Positions 25,351 through 33,851 of a DNA stretch of 52,525 nt are shown one piece after another (the first letter of the stretch is position 1; the number at the start of each line of letters is the position of its first letter). Made by a program: the position numbers and the translations under genes. The stretch is from a virus (taxonomy: Duplodnaviria > Caudoviricetes): positions 1 to 52,525 of IMG/VR virus record IMGVR_UViG_3300037524_000555; one strand, written 5' to 3'. The notes under the pieces were generated by a model. The model ran no database searches and had not been told where the DNA came from. It saw only the letters and a list, made by a program, of their open reading frames with translations.

Positions 25351-26532
25351 ATGCCCAGCTCATTCACCCCGAACACAGGTCTTGAGAAGCCCGGCGCGGG
25401 CGAACAGGCCGGGTTCTGGGGGACGACGGTAAACCTCAACTCCGACATCATCGACCGCGCCCTGAACGGTGTGATCTCGATCGCTCTCACCGGGGCGACG
25501 TATACCCTAGAGACAACGTCCGGCAACCTGTCTGAAGGGCACGCTGCCGCAATAGTATTCACCGGCACTCCGGGGACCGCCTGTACCGTCACGATCTCGC
25601 CAAACACGGTGCAGAAGACACTGCTTGTCAGGAACACGACGGATCAGGGGATCATTTTTACCCAAGGTTCGGGTGGAAACGTGACGGTCGTCGCCGGGCA
25701 ATCCGCTGCGTTGATCTGCAATGGCGCCGGTGCGACAGCTTCCGTGAACTTCGGCTCGCAGGCCTACGACAGCACTTTGAACGCTCTGGCCTTCTTGAAC
25801 GCAACCTACGGCATGATGGCCCACACCGGCGTGGACACCTTTGCCAAGCGCACTCTCACCGGCACAGCGAACCAGATCACCGTCACGAACGGCGACGGTG
25901 TCTCCGGCAACCCGACGGTGGCGGCAGTGGTTGCTTCCGCGGGGGAAGCGATAGCTGGAACGGACGGCACCAAGCTGATGACGCCGCTTCGTGTGAAGGA
26001 CGCGATTAATCAAGTCCTCCCAACCGGGATGATCGTGCTCTGGTCGGGGTCCGTGGCCTCCATCCCGGCGGGCTGGGCACTCTGCAACGGCGCCAACGGC
26101 ACTCCAGATCTCCGCGACCGCTTCGTGGTAGGCGCGGGCAGCACCTACGCCGTGGCGGCCACGGGTGGCGCGTCCACAGTTACGCTGGCAGTGGCCAACC
26201 TTCCTGCGCACACCCACACCTTCTCGGCCACCACGGGCTCTGCTGGTAGTCACAGCCACACCGGAACGACGGCGTCGGCGGGCGCGCACACACACGGAGG
26301 GGTGCCGGGTCAGTTTGTCGACAACGACCGAGGTTCGTTGTCTAGTAGCTTCTCTGTCGATAGCCTCGGTTCGACGGACAGCGCCGGGGCGCACACCCAC
26401 ACCTTCACCACCGACACCGAGGCGGCGCACACCCACAGCGTCTCCGGCACCACAGGTTCGGGCAGCGGCACCGCCACGGCTGTCGAAAACCGTCCGCCGT
26501 ACTTCGCGCTGGCCTACATCATGAAGCTTTGA
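25351..26532 (+). CDS. tail fibre with collar domain
   Basis: GEQAGFWG N-terminus; PTGMIVLWSG..IPAGWALCNG..GTPDLRDRFVVGAG collar; HxH repeats; PPYFALAYIMK. Confidence 0.85.
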   Translation: MPSSFTPNTGLEKPGAGEQAGFWGTTVNLNSDIIDRALNGVISIALTGATYTLETTSGNLSEGHAAAIVFTGTPGTACTVTISPNTVQKTLLVRNTTDQGIIFTQGSGGNVTVVAGQSAALICNGAGATASVNFGSQAYDSTLNALAFLNATYGMMAHTGVDTFAKRTLTGTANQITVTNGDGVSGNPTVAAVVASAGEAIAGTDGTKLMTPLRVKDAINQVLPTGMIVLWSGSVASIPAGWALCNGANGTPDLRDRFVVGAGSTYAVAATGGASTVTLAVANLPAHTHTFSATTGSAGSHSHTGTTASAGAHTHGGVPGQFVDNDRGSLSSSFSVDSLGSTDSAGAHTHTFTTDTEAAHTHSVSGTTGSGSGTATAVENRPPYFALAYIMKL

Positions 26533-26542
26533 GGGAACTGAG

Positions 26543-26761
26543 ATGCGCACGCCGACCAAGATCAAGAAGCCGCTCAGCAAGGCCGAGAGCAAGGCCAACA
26601 GGTCCGCCGGAAAGCGGATCGTGCCGTCCGACGAGACGATGTCGAAGCTGCGCACGCCCGTCTTTCCCGGGACGACGGCGATGGAGGCTGCAACCGGTGG
26701 GGCCTACAAGGATCCGAAGAGCGGTAAGGTGAAGCGCTTCAGCAAGCAGTACAAGTCCTGA
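26543..26761 (+). CDS. small basic hypothetical protein
   Basis: 72 aa Lys-rich, GAGGGA SD. Confidence 0.5.
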   Translation: MRTPTKIKKPLSKAESKANRSAGKRIVPSDETMSKLRTPVFPGTTAMEAATGGAYKDPKSGKVKRFSKQYKS

Positions 26762-26825
26762 AAGCTCCCCCGGCGTGACAAGCCGCCTGCAGATGGTGTA
26801 GTCTCTGCACCAACAGGAGATCGCC

Positions 26826-28691
26826 ATGGCCCTCACGAAACTTCAGTTCCAGCCCGGGATCAACCGCGAGACCACCAACTATGCGAACGAGGGCGGCTGG
26901 TATGATGGGAACCGGGTCCGGTTCCGCGATGGGCTGCCGGAAACTATCGGAGGTTGGACCCGGGTGTCTGGGGCGACTTATCAGGGGGTCTGCCGCTCGC
27001 TTATCGGGTGGCGCCTCCTCGACGGCTCACAGGTTGTTGGGCTTGGGACGCACCTCAAATACTACCTCGGCCGCGGTGGCGGCTACTATGACATCACCCC
27101 GGTCAGGGATACAACCGCTGCAGGTGCAGTCACCTTCGCGGCCACAAACGGCAGTTCGATCGTCACTGTAACGGACACTGCGCATGGGGCGACTGCTGGG
27201 GATTTCGTGACCTTCTCTGGCGCGGCCGGTCTTGGTGGGAACATCTTGGCCGCTGTGTTGAACAAAGAGCATCAAGTGGTTTCGGCGCCAACCTCAGACT
27301 CATATACAATTGACGTCGGTGTACTCGCCACAGCGGGCGATACCGGAAACGGCGGGGCGTCTGTCGTCGGGGAGTACCAAGTCCCCACTGGTCTTTCGGA
27401 GGCCGTATCCGGATCAGGTTGGTCGGCTGGCACTTGGGGCGAGTCCGGCTGGGGCTCGCCCTCGGACACTTCTGTCGGCGGGGCGCAGCTTCGCGTGTGG
27501 TCGCACACCGCCTATGGCGAAGACCTCGTCATCAACCCTCGCGGCGGGGGAGTTTACTATTGGGACCGGACCGGTGGCCTGTCTGCTCGCGCCGTAGAGC
27601 TGGCCTCTTTGCCCGGGGCGGCCACGACGCCGACTATCGCAAACTCCGTGCTGCTGTCGGAGCGGGATCGTCACCTGATCGTGTTCGGCTGTGACGACGA
27701 GTTTACCCCCGGCGTGCTGGACCCACTGCTGATCCGCTTCTCATCACAGGAGAGCCTGACCGAGTGGCGCAGCCTGCCGACCACAACCGCAGGCTCCCTA
27801 CGCATCAGCTCTGGCAGCGAGATCGTTACAGCGGTGCAGACCCGGCAACAGATCCTTGTCCTGACTGACGTTGGGGCACACTCGATGCAGTTCCTCGGCC
27901 CACCCTTCACCTTCGGTCTTAGCGAGATCGCCGGGGGTACGACGATTGCCGGGCAAAACGCGGCCGTCGCGGTGGGGGACGAAGTCTTCTGGATGGGAAG
28001 GGGTGAGTTCTATCGCTTCAGCGGCCTCGTGCAGCAGGTGCCGTGCTCCGTGAAGTCCTATGTCTTCGAGGACATCAACGCGGATCAGTACGCCAAGATC
28101 TACGGTGGTCACAACTCGGCGTTTGGCGAAGTCTGGTGGTTCTATCCGTCAGCGGGCAGCCTCGAAAACGACCGCTATGTGGTGTTCAACTACCTGCAGG
28201 GCATCTGGTATTATGGTACGCTCTCTCGCACGGCGTGGATGGATCGTGGTATCTTCTCGACGCCGACAGCGGCCAGCCCTGACTATAGGCTATACTATCA
28301 CGAGGCGGGGGTCGCGGACGGGGATGTTGTGCCGGCGGTGGCGCTGAACTCGTACATCGAGTCTAGCCCGATCGACCTTGGTGAGGGCGACAGGTTCATG
28401 TTCATCCGCAGGATGATCCCGGATGTGACTTTCGCGCGATCTTCGCACCAGATCCCGCCGTCGGCGACGATGACGATCACGATGCGAAACTTCCCGGGCA
28501 GCGCCATGGTCGGCACCAACCAGCGCGCGGTGACGCAGACGGTCGACATTCCAATCGAGCAGTTCACCGAGCAGGTTTACCTGCGCCTGCGCGGACGCTC
28601 AGCCATCTTCAAGATTTCATCCGACGCCCCCGGTACGGCGTGGCGTCTCGGCTCTCCGAGGATTGAACTTCGCACAGATGGAGCGCGCTGA
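26826..28691 (+). CDS. tail stabilisation/nozzle protein (P22 gp10-like position)
   Basis: 621 aa beta-rich; PGINRE, EVWWFYPS, WRLG; precedes ejection genes. Confidence 0.7.
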   Translation: MALTKLQFQPGINRETTNYANEGGWYDGNRVRFRDGLPETIGGWTRVSGATYQGVCRSLIGWRLLDGSQVVGLGTHLKYYLGRGGGYYDITPVRDTTAAGAVTFAATNGSSIVTVTDTAHGATAGDFVTFSGAAGLGGNILAAVLNKEHQVVSAPTSDSYTIDVGVLATAGDTGNGGASVVGEYQVPTGLSEAVSGSGWSAGTWGESGWGSPSDTSVGGAQLRVWSHTAYGEDLVINPRGGGVYYWDRTGGLSARAVELASLPGAATTPTIANSVLLSERDRHLIVFGCDDEFTPGVLDPLLIRFSSQESLTEWRSLPTTTAGSLRISSGSEIVTAVQTRQQILVLTDVGAHSMQFLGPPFTFGLSEIAGGTTIAGQNAAVAVGDEVFWMGRGEFYRFSGLVQQVPCSVKSYVFEDINADQYAKIYGGHNSAFGEVWWFYPSAGSLENDRYVVFNYLQGIWYYGTLSRTAWMDRGIFSTPTAASPDYRLYYHEAGVADGDVVPAVALNSYIESSPIDLGEGDRFMFIRRMIPDVTFARSSHQIPPSATMTITMRNFPGSAMVGTNQRAVTQTVDIPIEQFTEQVYLRLRGRSAIFKISSDAPGTAWRLGSPRIELRTDGAR

Positions 28692-29221
28692 TGTCGGGTG
28701 GCGTAAGTATCCCCTATTTCCCAAACCCTCCGGCGCAATATGACCCGCGCTACATGTCGCAGTTGGTGCAGTCCTTCTCGCTGTTCGCCCGGCAAGTTCA
28801 GAACGCCACGGCCGGTCTCGCGACCTACGCACAGCTCACAGGAAACAACAACGTTTGGGTCAGCGCCTCCGCAGGGACAAACATTCTGACGCCGACATAC
28901 TTCGATTTTGCTGAGTTCGGCGGGTTTGCCCGGGGCACAAGCGGCGACATCTTCGTCCCTCTCACCGGGCACTATCGCGTCGTCCTGAAGCTCTACATGG
29001 GCAACGGCGACGGCGGCCGCTTTCAAATCTACAAGAACGGGACTTCTGTGGAGCTGCTGCAATACTCGGGGACAACCTCGGTTACGGTGGAAGTGTCTAA
29101 GCTGCTTCAGATGAACGCTGGCGACTACATCCAGTGCATCGCCGACAGCTTTGAGGGTCCGGTCAGCTTCTATGCCGGGGCAAAGCACTCTGGCGCCAGC
29201 GTTCAGTTCATCGGGACATGA
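28691..29221 (+). CDS. tail-tip/needle protein with C1q-like C-terminal domain
   Basis: FVPLTGHY, IYKNG, LQMNAGDYI pattern. Confidence 0.55.
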   Translation: MSGGVSIPYFPNPPAQYDPRYMSQLVQSFSLFARQVQNATAGLATYAQLTGNNNVWVSASAGTNILTPTYFDFAEFGGFARGTSGDIFVPLTGHYRVVLKLYMGNGDGGRFQIYKNGTSVELLQYSGTTSVTVEVSKLLQMNAGDYIQCIADSFEGPVSFYAGAKHSGASVQFIGT

Positions 29222-29292
29222 CGCCCCACATGCGGGTATAGCCAAGGACGGCAGCCTTTGGTATCCTGCCGCCACCCAACCGGAGAAGAACC

Positions 29293-30456
29293 ATGGTCCT
29301 CCCGCTCCTTTTCGGCGCCCTCGCCCCAAGCCTGTTCACCGGCATGTCTCCACTCATTGCCAGCGCGATCGGTTCGGGTGTCGGCGGCCTTGTGCAAAGT
29401 GGCGGTGATCTTGAAGAGGGCCTTCTGACCGGTCTCGGGGCTTTCGCTGGGGGTGCCCTCATGGGCGGCCTCACCGGAGGGGCGGGCGCGGCGGCTTCGG
29501 CTGCAAACGGTGGGACAGGGGCGGTTGGTATGAACCTCCCGGCCGCCGCGTCCGGGGCGAAAGGTGTTGCCTCCCTGCCGATGAACGCAAAGCTGGCCTC
29601 TGTCGGGAACCCCGCGGCCCCGATGAATGTGCCTGCTGGAGGCGGCATCAAGGGCATGATGGGTGGGGCGATGGACTTCATGAAGTCCCCGACAGGGATG
29701 GGTGCCAGCGTGGGCGCAATGGCTGGTCCGATGCTGGCCGGATCCCTCGGCTTTGGCGGTGACGACGAGGACAGCAAGTCGAAGAGCAAGAGCAAGTACG
29801 GCGCGAAAGAGCCGAAACCGATCCCCCGCATCCCGACGATGCCGGGCGCCGGTTACAGCGCGGGCCGTGACGGCGAGTTCGACTACGGCATCAGCACGCC
29901 ATACAGTGCCGAGCAGATCATGGGCTATGCCAATGGCGGAATGCTCCAGCGCATGGCCCGGCCGAATATCCCCGGGGTGGGGCCAGTGCGTCTCGCTGGC
30001 GGCGGCATTGTGGCCCTTGCCGAGGGCGGAGACCCCGGCAAGCAGATGCCGAACGAGAAGGAAGTGATCTCGGAAGCCGTCATGGCAGTGAAGGGTCAGC
30101 ACCCGCAGCCGGAGATCGCCCTTGGGGCGTTCCTTGCCATGTTCGGGGAAGAGGCACTCCGCCAGCTGGTGGACAGCGTCAAGGGCGGCGAAATCGACGA
30201 CACTGTTGAGCGCTTTGCCGAGGGCGAGAACGGTGAGGTCAAAGGGCCCGGCGACGGATCCGGCACGGATGACATGGTCCCGGCCAAGATGGACGATGGG
30301 TCCGGGGACGTGCTGCTCTCGGACGGCGAGTTCGTGATGCGCAAGGACGCCGTGGACGCGATCGAGAAGAAGTTCGGCGGCGGCACGCTTGACTCTGTCA
30401 ACAAGGCCGGCCCCAAGGCTGCAGAGGTTGCCAAGCGTCGTATGAGCGCAGCATGA
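29293..30456 (+). CDS. internal virion/ejection-module protein
   Basis: Gly/Ala/Met-rich N-terminus; GPGDGSGTDDMVPA...LSDGEFV motif. Confidence 0.65.
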   Translation: MVLPLLFGALAPSLFTGMSPLIASAIGSGVGGLVQSGGDLEEGLLTGLGAFAGGALMGGLTGGAGAAASAANGGTGAVGMNLPAAASGAKGVASLPMNAKLASVGNPAAPMNVPAGGGIKGMMGGAMDFMKSPTGMGASVGAMAGPMLAGSLGFGGDDEDSKSKSKSKYGAKEPKPIPRIPTMPGAGYSAGRDGEFDYGISTPYSAEQIMGYANGGMLQRMARPNIPGVGPVRLAGGGIVALAEGGDPGKQMPNEKEVISEAVMAVKGQHPQPEIALGAFLAMFGEEALRQLVDSVKGGEIDDTVERFAEGENGEVKGPGDGSGTDDMVPAKMDDGSGDVLLSDGEFVMRKDAVDAIEKKFGGGTLDSVNKAGPKAAEVAKRRMSAA

Positions 30457-30902
30457 AAGACGTCCGTTGCCTGCCGGTGCCCCGCGAACACCTCGCCACG
30501 ATCTGGCCAATTGTTTCTCCGATGCTGGCGCGAGCGGTCGACACTTCTCCGGGAAAGCTGTCAGTCGACGACATCATCGCGGGGGCCTATCAGGGTAGCT
30601 ATGTCATCTGGGTCATTGTCGTCGATGAGGAAATCATCGCTTCAGTCACGACCCGGATCATCGACTACCCCAAGTGCCGGGCGATGGCGTTGGATTGGGT
30701 TGGCGGAAAGCGCATGAGGGAGTGGTTCGGCCCGGCGATGCGTGTTATCAAGGAGCATGCGGTCCGCAATCAGTGCAGCCACATGGAAGGCTACGGTCGC
30801 GAGGCGTGGTTGCGTTGGATTGAGCCAGAGGGCTGGCGCCGTGAGTACACGGCCTTCAGGATGGAGTTGAGCGATGTCGACCATACTGTTTCACCCGTTT
30901 AA
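30453..30902 (+). CDS. GNAT-fold-like protein (P22 gp14 / T7 gp13-like position)
   Basis: WVGGKRM..W, CSHMEGYGREAW; located in ejection module. Confidence 0.55.
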   Translation: MKDVRCLPVPREHLATIWPIVSPMLARAVDTSPGKLSVDDIIAGAYQGSYVIWVIVVDEEIIASVTTRIIDYPKCRAMALDWVGGKRMREWFGPAMRVIKEHAVRNQCSHMEGYGREAWLRWIEPEGWRREYTAFRMELSDVDHTVSPV

Positions 30903-32019
30903 CATCCTGAAGCACGTCCACCCGGAGGCGGCGGGGCGTGTCGCGTTCAAAAAAGGTGGCAGCCAGCATACCACCTCGACGGTGACGCAGCAGGACATCC
31001 CGGAAGAGTTCTTCCCCTACTTCGAGCGGATGCTGATCCGCGGCGAGGAGCAGTCGCTCCAGCCGTACATCCCTTACGACGGGCAGCGGATTGCTGACCA
31101 GAGCGCCGACACCCTCGCGTCGCAGGACATGGTGCGGGACATCGCAACCCGTGGGGACCCGTCGCTTGACTATGCCACGGGCCTGACGGCGCAGAATGCC
31201 ACCGACGCCCTGCAGTATGGCGACCGCCCGGCCTATCAGTTCTCTCCGTTCGGGGATTTCCAAGAGTTCGGCTTCAGCGACTCCGGCCGGTTCACTGGCG
31301 ACGCCGTTGGCGAGTACATGTCGCCCTACATCCAGAACGTGCTGGACCTGCAGAAGGCCCGGGCCGAGGAAGACTACCTCACCCAGCAGGGCTCGCGCAG
31401 CGCCCGCGCCGTCAGCGCCGGGGCCTTTGGCGGCTCGAGGCAGCAGGTCGCGGAGTCGATGGCCGAAGATGACATGCTCACCCGGATGCGCGAACTCGAC
31501 GCGACCGGCCTGCAGTCGGCCTACACCGATGCCCAGCGCATGTTCGAAGCGGACCGGTCCGCCCGGTTCCAGACCGAAGGGGCTCGCGCATCCGAAGCCG
31601 CCCGCGTGCAGGGTGGCCGGGCCGCGGAACTTGCCCGTGTTCAGGGTTCACAGGCAGGAGAAAACCTCGCCCGCGATCAGCTGGGTCTCGATGCGCTTGG
31701 GCAGTCCAGCAGCATGGCTGCGCAGCTTGCCGCCCTGTCCGAACAGGCACGCGCAGGAGACATCCAGTCGGCACAGCTGCTGGAGCTCGTCGGCCGCTCC
31801 AATGAGGCGCGGTCGCAGGCCGACCTCGATCTGGCCTACGAAGACTTCATCCGGCAGCAGAACTACCCGATGGATCAGATCCAGCAGCTTGCCGGCATGA
31901 TCCACGGCCTCCCGGTGCAGCCTGCCGGGACCACGAGCACGCAGACGCCATACAACCCGATCCAGCAGGCGCTCGGGATGGGCATCTCCGCGCTGGGCCT
32001 GTACAACGCGATGAGGTGA
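30874..32019 (+). CDS. DNA ejection protein
   Basis: KKGG after short leader, YMSPYIQNV, GAFGGSRQ, hydrophobic C-terminus. Confidence 0.65.
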   Translation: MSTILFHPFNILKHVHPEAAGRVAFKKGGSQHTTSTVTQQDIPEEFFPYFERMLIRGEEQSLQPYIPYDGQRIADQSADTLASQDMVRDIATRGDPSLDYATGLTAQNATDALQYGDRPAYQFSPFGDFQEFGFSDSGRFTGDAVGEYMSPYIQNVLDLQKARAEEDYLTQQGSRSARAVSAGAFGGSRQQVAESMAEDDMLTRMRELDATGLQSAYTDAQRMFEADRSARFQTEGARASEAARVQGGRAAELARVQGSQAGENLARDQLGLDALGQSSSMAAQLAALSEQARAGDIQSAQLLELVGRSNEARSQADLDLAYEDFIRQQNYPMDQIQQLAGMIHGLPVQPAGTTSTQTPYNPIQQALGMGISALGLYNAMR

Positions 32020-32022
32020 CGC

Positions 32023-33801
32023 ATGAATGTGCTCGACGTTCAGGATAAGCTGAAAAGCATGTCCGAGCAGCAGCTCGTGCAGGAGATGCAGATGCCCTCC
32101 GGCTCTGCACCGCAGTTCCTCGTCTTGTCGGAGATCAGCCGCCGCAAGCGGATGCGCGACACCATGATGGCTGAACAGCAGAAAGGTCCGCAGCAGACAG
32201 TGGCCGAGGAGGCTATCGCGGCGGCAGGCGTCCCGCAGGCAGGTCTTGGGCAGATGGCGTCGGCCATGGCGCCGAAGACGGACATGGCTCAGAACACCGG
32301 CATCGCTGCACTTCAGCGGGCCCCGCAGCGCATGGCCGAGGGCGGACCGGTACGGAGCAACGTCATCGTTCGCAACGGCAAGCGCTACGTCATGGGGCCG
32401 AATGGCGTCCTCGTCGACGAGCAGACCGGTATGCCGATGATCGGCTATGGTTCCGGCTACGGCACGATGCAGGCCATTCAGGGCATGGGTAGCCCGGAAG
32501 AAATGATGGGCCCCGCGGACCTCGATCTGACGGCGGTGAACCCAAGCTATCGCGAGGACCAGCCGGACCGGTTCGTGGAATACCCCGTGCCCCCGATGGA
32601 CGCCCCACGCACCGCGTCGACACTCCCGGTTCCCCCGTCCGGGCTGCCAACTGGCGGTCTCCCTCCGAACCCGAATGGTTTGAGCATGACGGACCGGATG
32701 CGCAACGGAATGATCGACAGCCCGCGCACATGGGGCACGATGCCGCCCGAGGAGTCCCCGGTCGAGACACTGCTCGCTTCGTCGCCGAACCCGCCGCCGT
32801 TCAACCGCGAGCTGGCCCTGCTGGAACGCGAAGAGCTCGAAGGCGGCAAGGACGCAGGGATGTCGCTTCCGCCTCAGAAGTCGGCTGTCAACCTTGCCGA
32901 AGGAATGGCTCCGAACCCGAACTGGATGTACGAGGAGCAGGAGCGCATCGCATCTAACATCCTGTCGGACCGCGGCCCGGACTTCGAAAACCAAGGGCGC
33001 AACCCGCCCCCAGATGTGCCGTGGTATGATCGGCTGAGCGGCGCCATCGCTGATGGCTTCACCGGCATGGCTGACGCTTTCAGCGGACCGACCGAAGAGG
33101 AACTCGCAGCGGCCGAGAAGGCCAAGGCTGATACCGAGGCGGCAGCAAGTGCACCCACCACCGGCGTCACCGAAACGGTGCAAAACGGTGGAAGTGGTGG
33201 CGTAAGCGTGTCCGGCGGAACGCGCTCGAGTGGCGTAACCGTGTCCGGCATGTCGTCTTACGAGCAGGAGCTGGTCGACGCGATCAAGCGGTCGGAGAAG
33301 CGTGCAGAGCAGGACAAGTGGCTTTCCATCGCGCAGGCGGGTATGGCACTCATGGCGTCGACCCAGCCGACGCTCGGCGGCGCTCTCGGCGAGGCCGGCA
33401 TGCAGGGTATCGGTGCATACCGTGAGGGCCGTGACGCGGCTGAGCAGGAACGCATGAAGCTGATGGAAGCTCAGTTCGGGATCCAGATGGCGCGGCAGAA
33501 GGCGGCGTCCAGTGGCGGCGGCGGAGGATCATCGAGCAGCTTCAAGACTGCCCCGGTCGGCGTGATCGACAACTTGGAAGAGATGCTGGACGAGATTTCC
33601 GGAGAGCTTGCGTCACTGCCGCCGATCCCGGAAGCGGGTTGGTTCAGCACGCCTGCGGACCCCTACGCTGCAGATCGCGAAGCCCTCGCCCGTCGAGAGC
33701 AGTCGCTGCGAAATCAACTCGACTTCGTCTACTCGACGTATGGTCTCGCCCCCTACGGTGATCCTTCGGGTGGCGGCGGCGTGGTCGATCTCGCAGACTA
33801 G
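32023..33801 (+). CDS. internal virion/ejection protein
   Basis: 592 aa; PQFLVLSEI.RR, MAEGGPV, AQAGMALMA. Confidence 0.6.
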   Translation: MNVLDVQDKLKSMSEQQLVQEMQMPSGSAPQFLVLSEISRRKRMRDTMMAEQQKGPQQTVAEEAIAAAGVPQAGLGQMASAMAPKTDMAQNTGIAALQRAPQRMAEGGPVRSNVIVRNGKRYVMGPNGVLVDEQTGMPMIGYGSGYGTMQAIQGMGSPEEMMGPADLDLTAVNPSYREDQPDRFVEYPVPPMDAPRTASTLPVPPSGLPTGGLPPNPNGLSMTDRMRNGMIDSPRTWGTMPPEESPVETLLASSPNPPPFNRELALLEREELEGGKDAGMSLPPQKSAVNLAEGMAPNPNWMYEEQERIASNILSDRGPDFENQGRNPPPDVPWYDRLSGAIADGFTGMADAFSGPTEEELAAAEKAKADTEAAASAPTTGVTETVQNGGSGGVSVSGGTRSSGVTVSGMSSYEQELVDAIKRSEKRAEQDKWLSIAQAGMALMASTQPTLGGALGEAGMQGIGAYREGRDAAEQERMKLMEAQFGIQMARQKAASSGGGGGSSSSFKTAPVGVIDNLEEMLDEISGELASLPPIPEAGWFSTPADPYAADREALARREQSLRNQLDFVYSTYGLAPYGDPSGGGGVVDLAD

Positions 33802-33851
33802 CGCGTTCTGCCGGGCTGACGTATACTGGTCCTCAATCTAGGAGGATCGGC

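Noticed and set aside
21543-26532. Diversity-generating retroelement or invertible tail-fibre switch
   Set aside because: No reverse transcriptase, invertase or adenine-specific TR/VR pair seen; repeats are ordinary coding tandem repeats.
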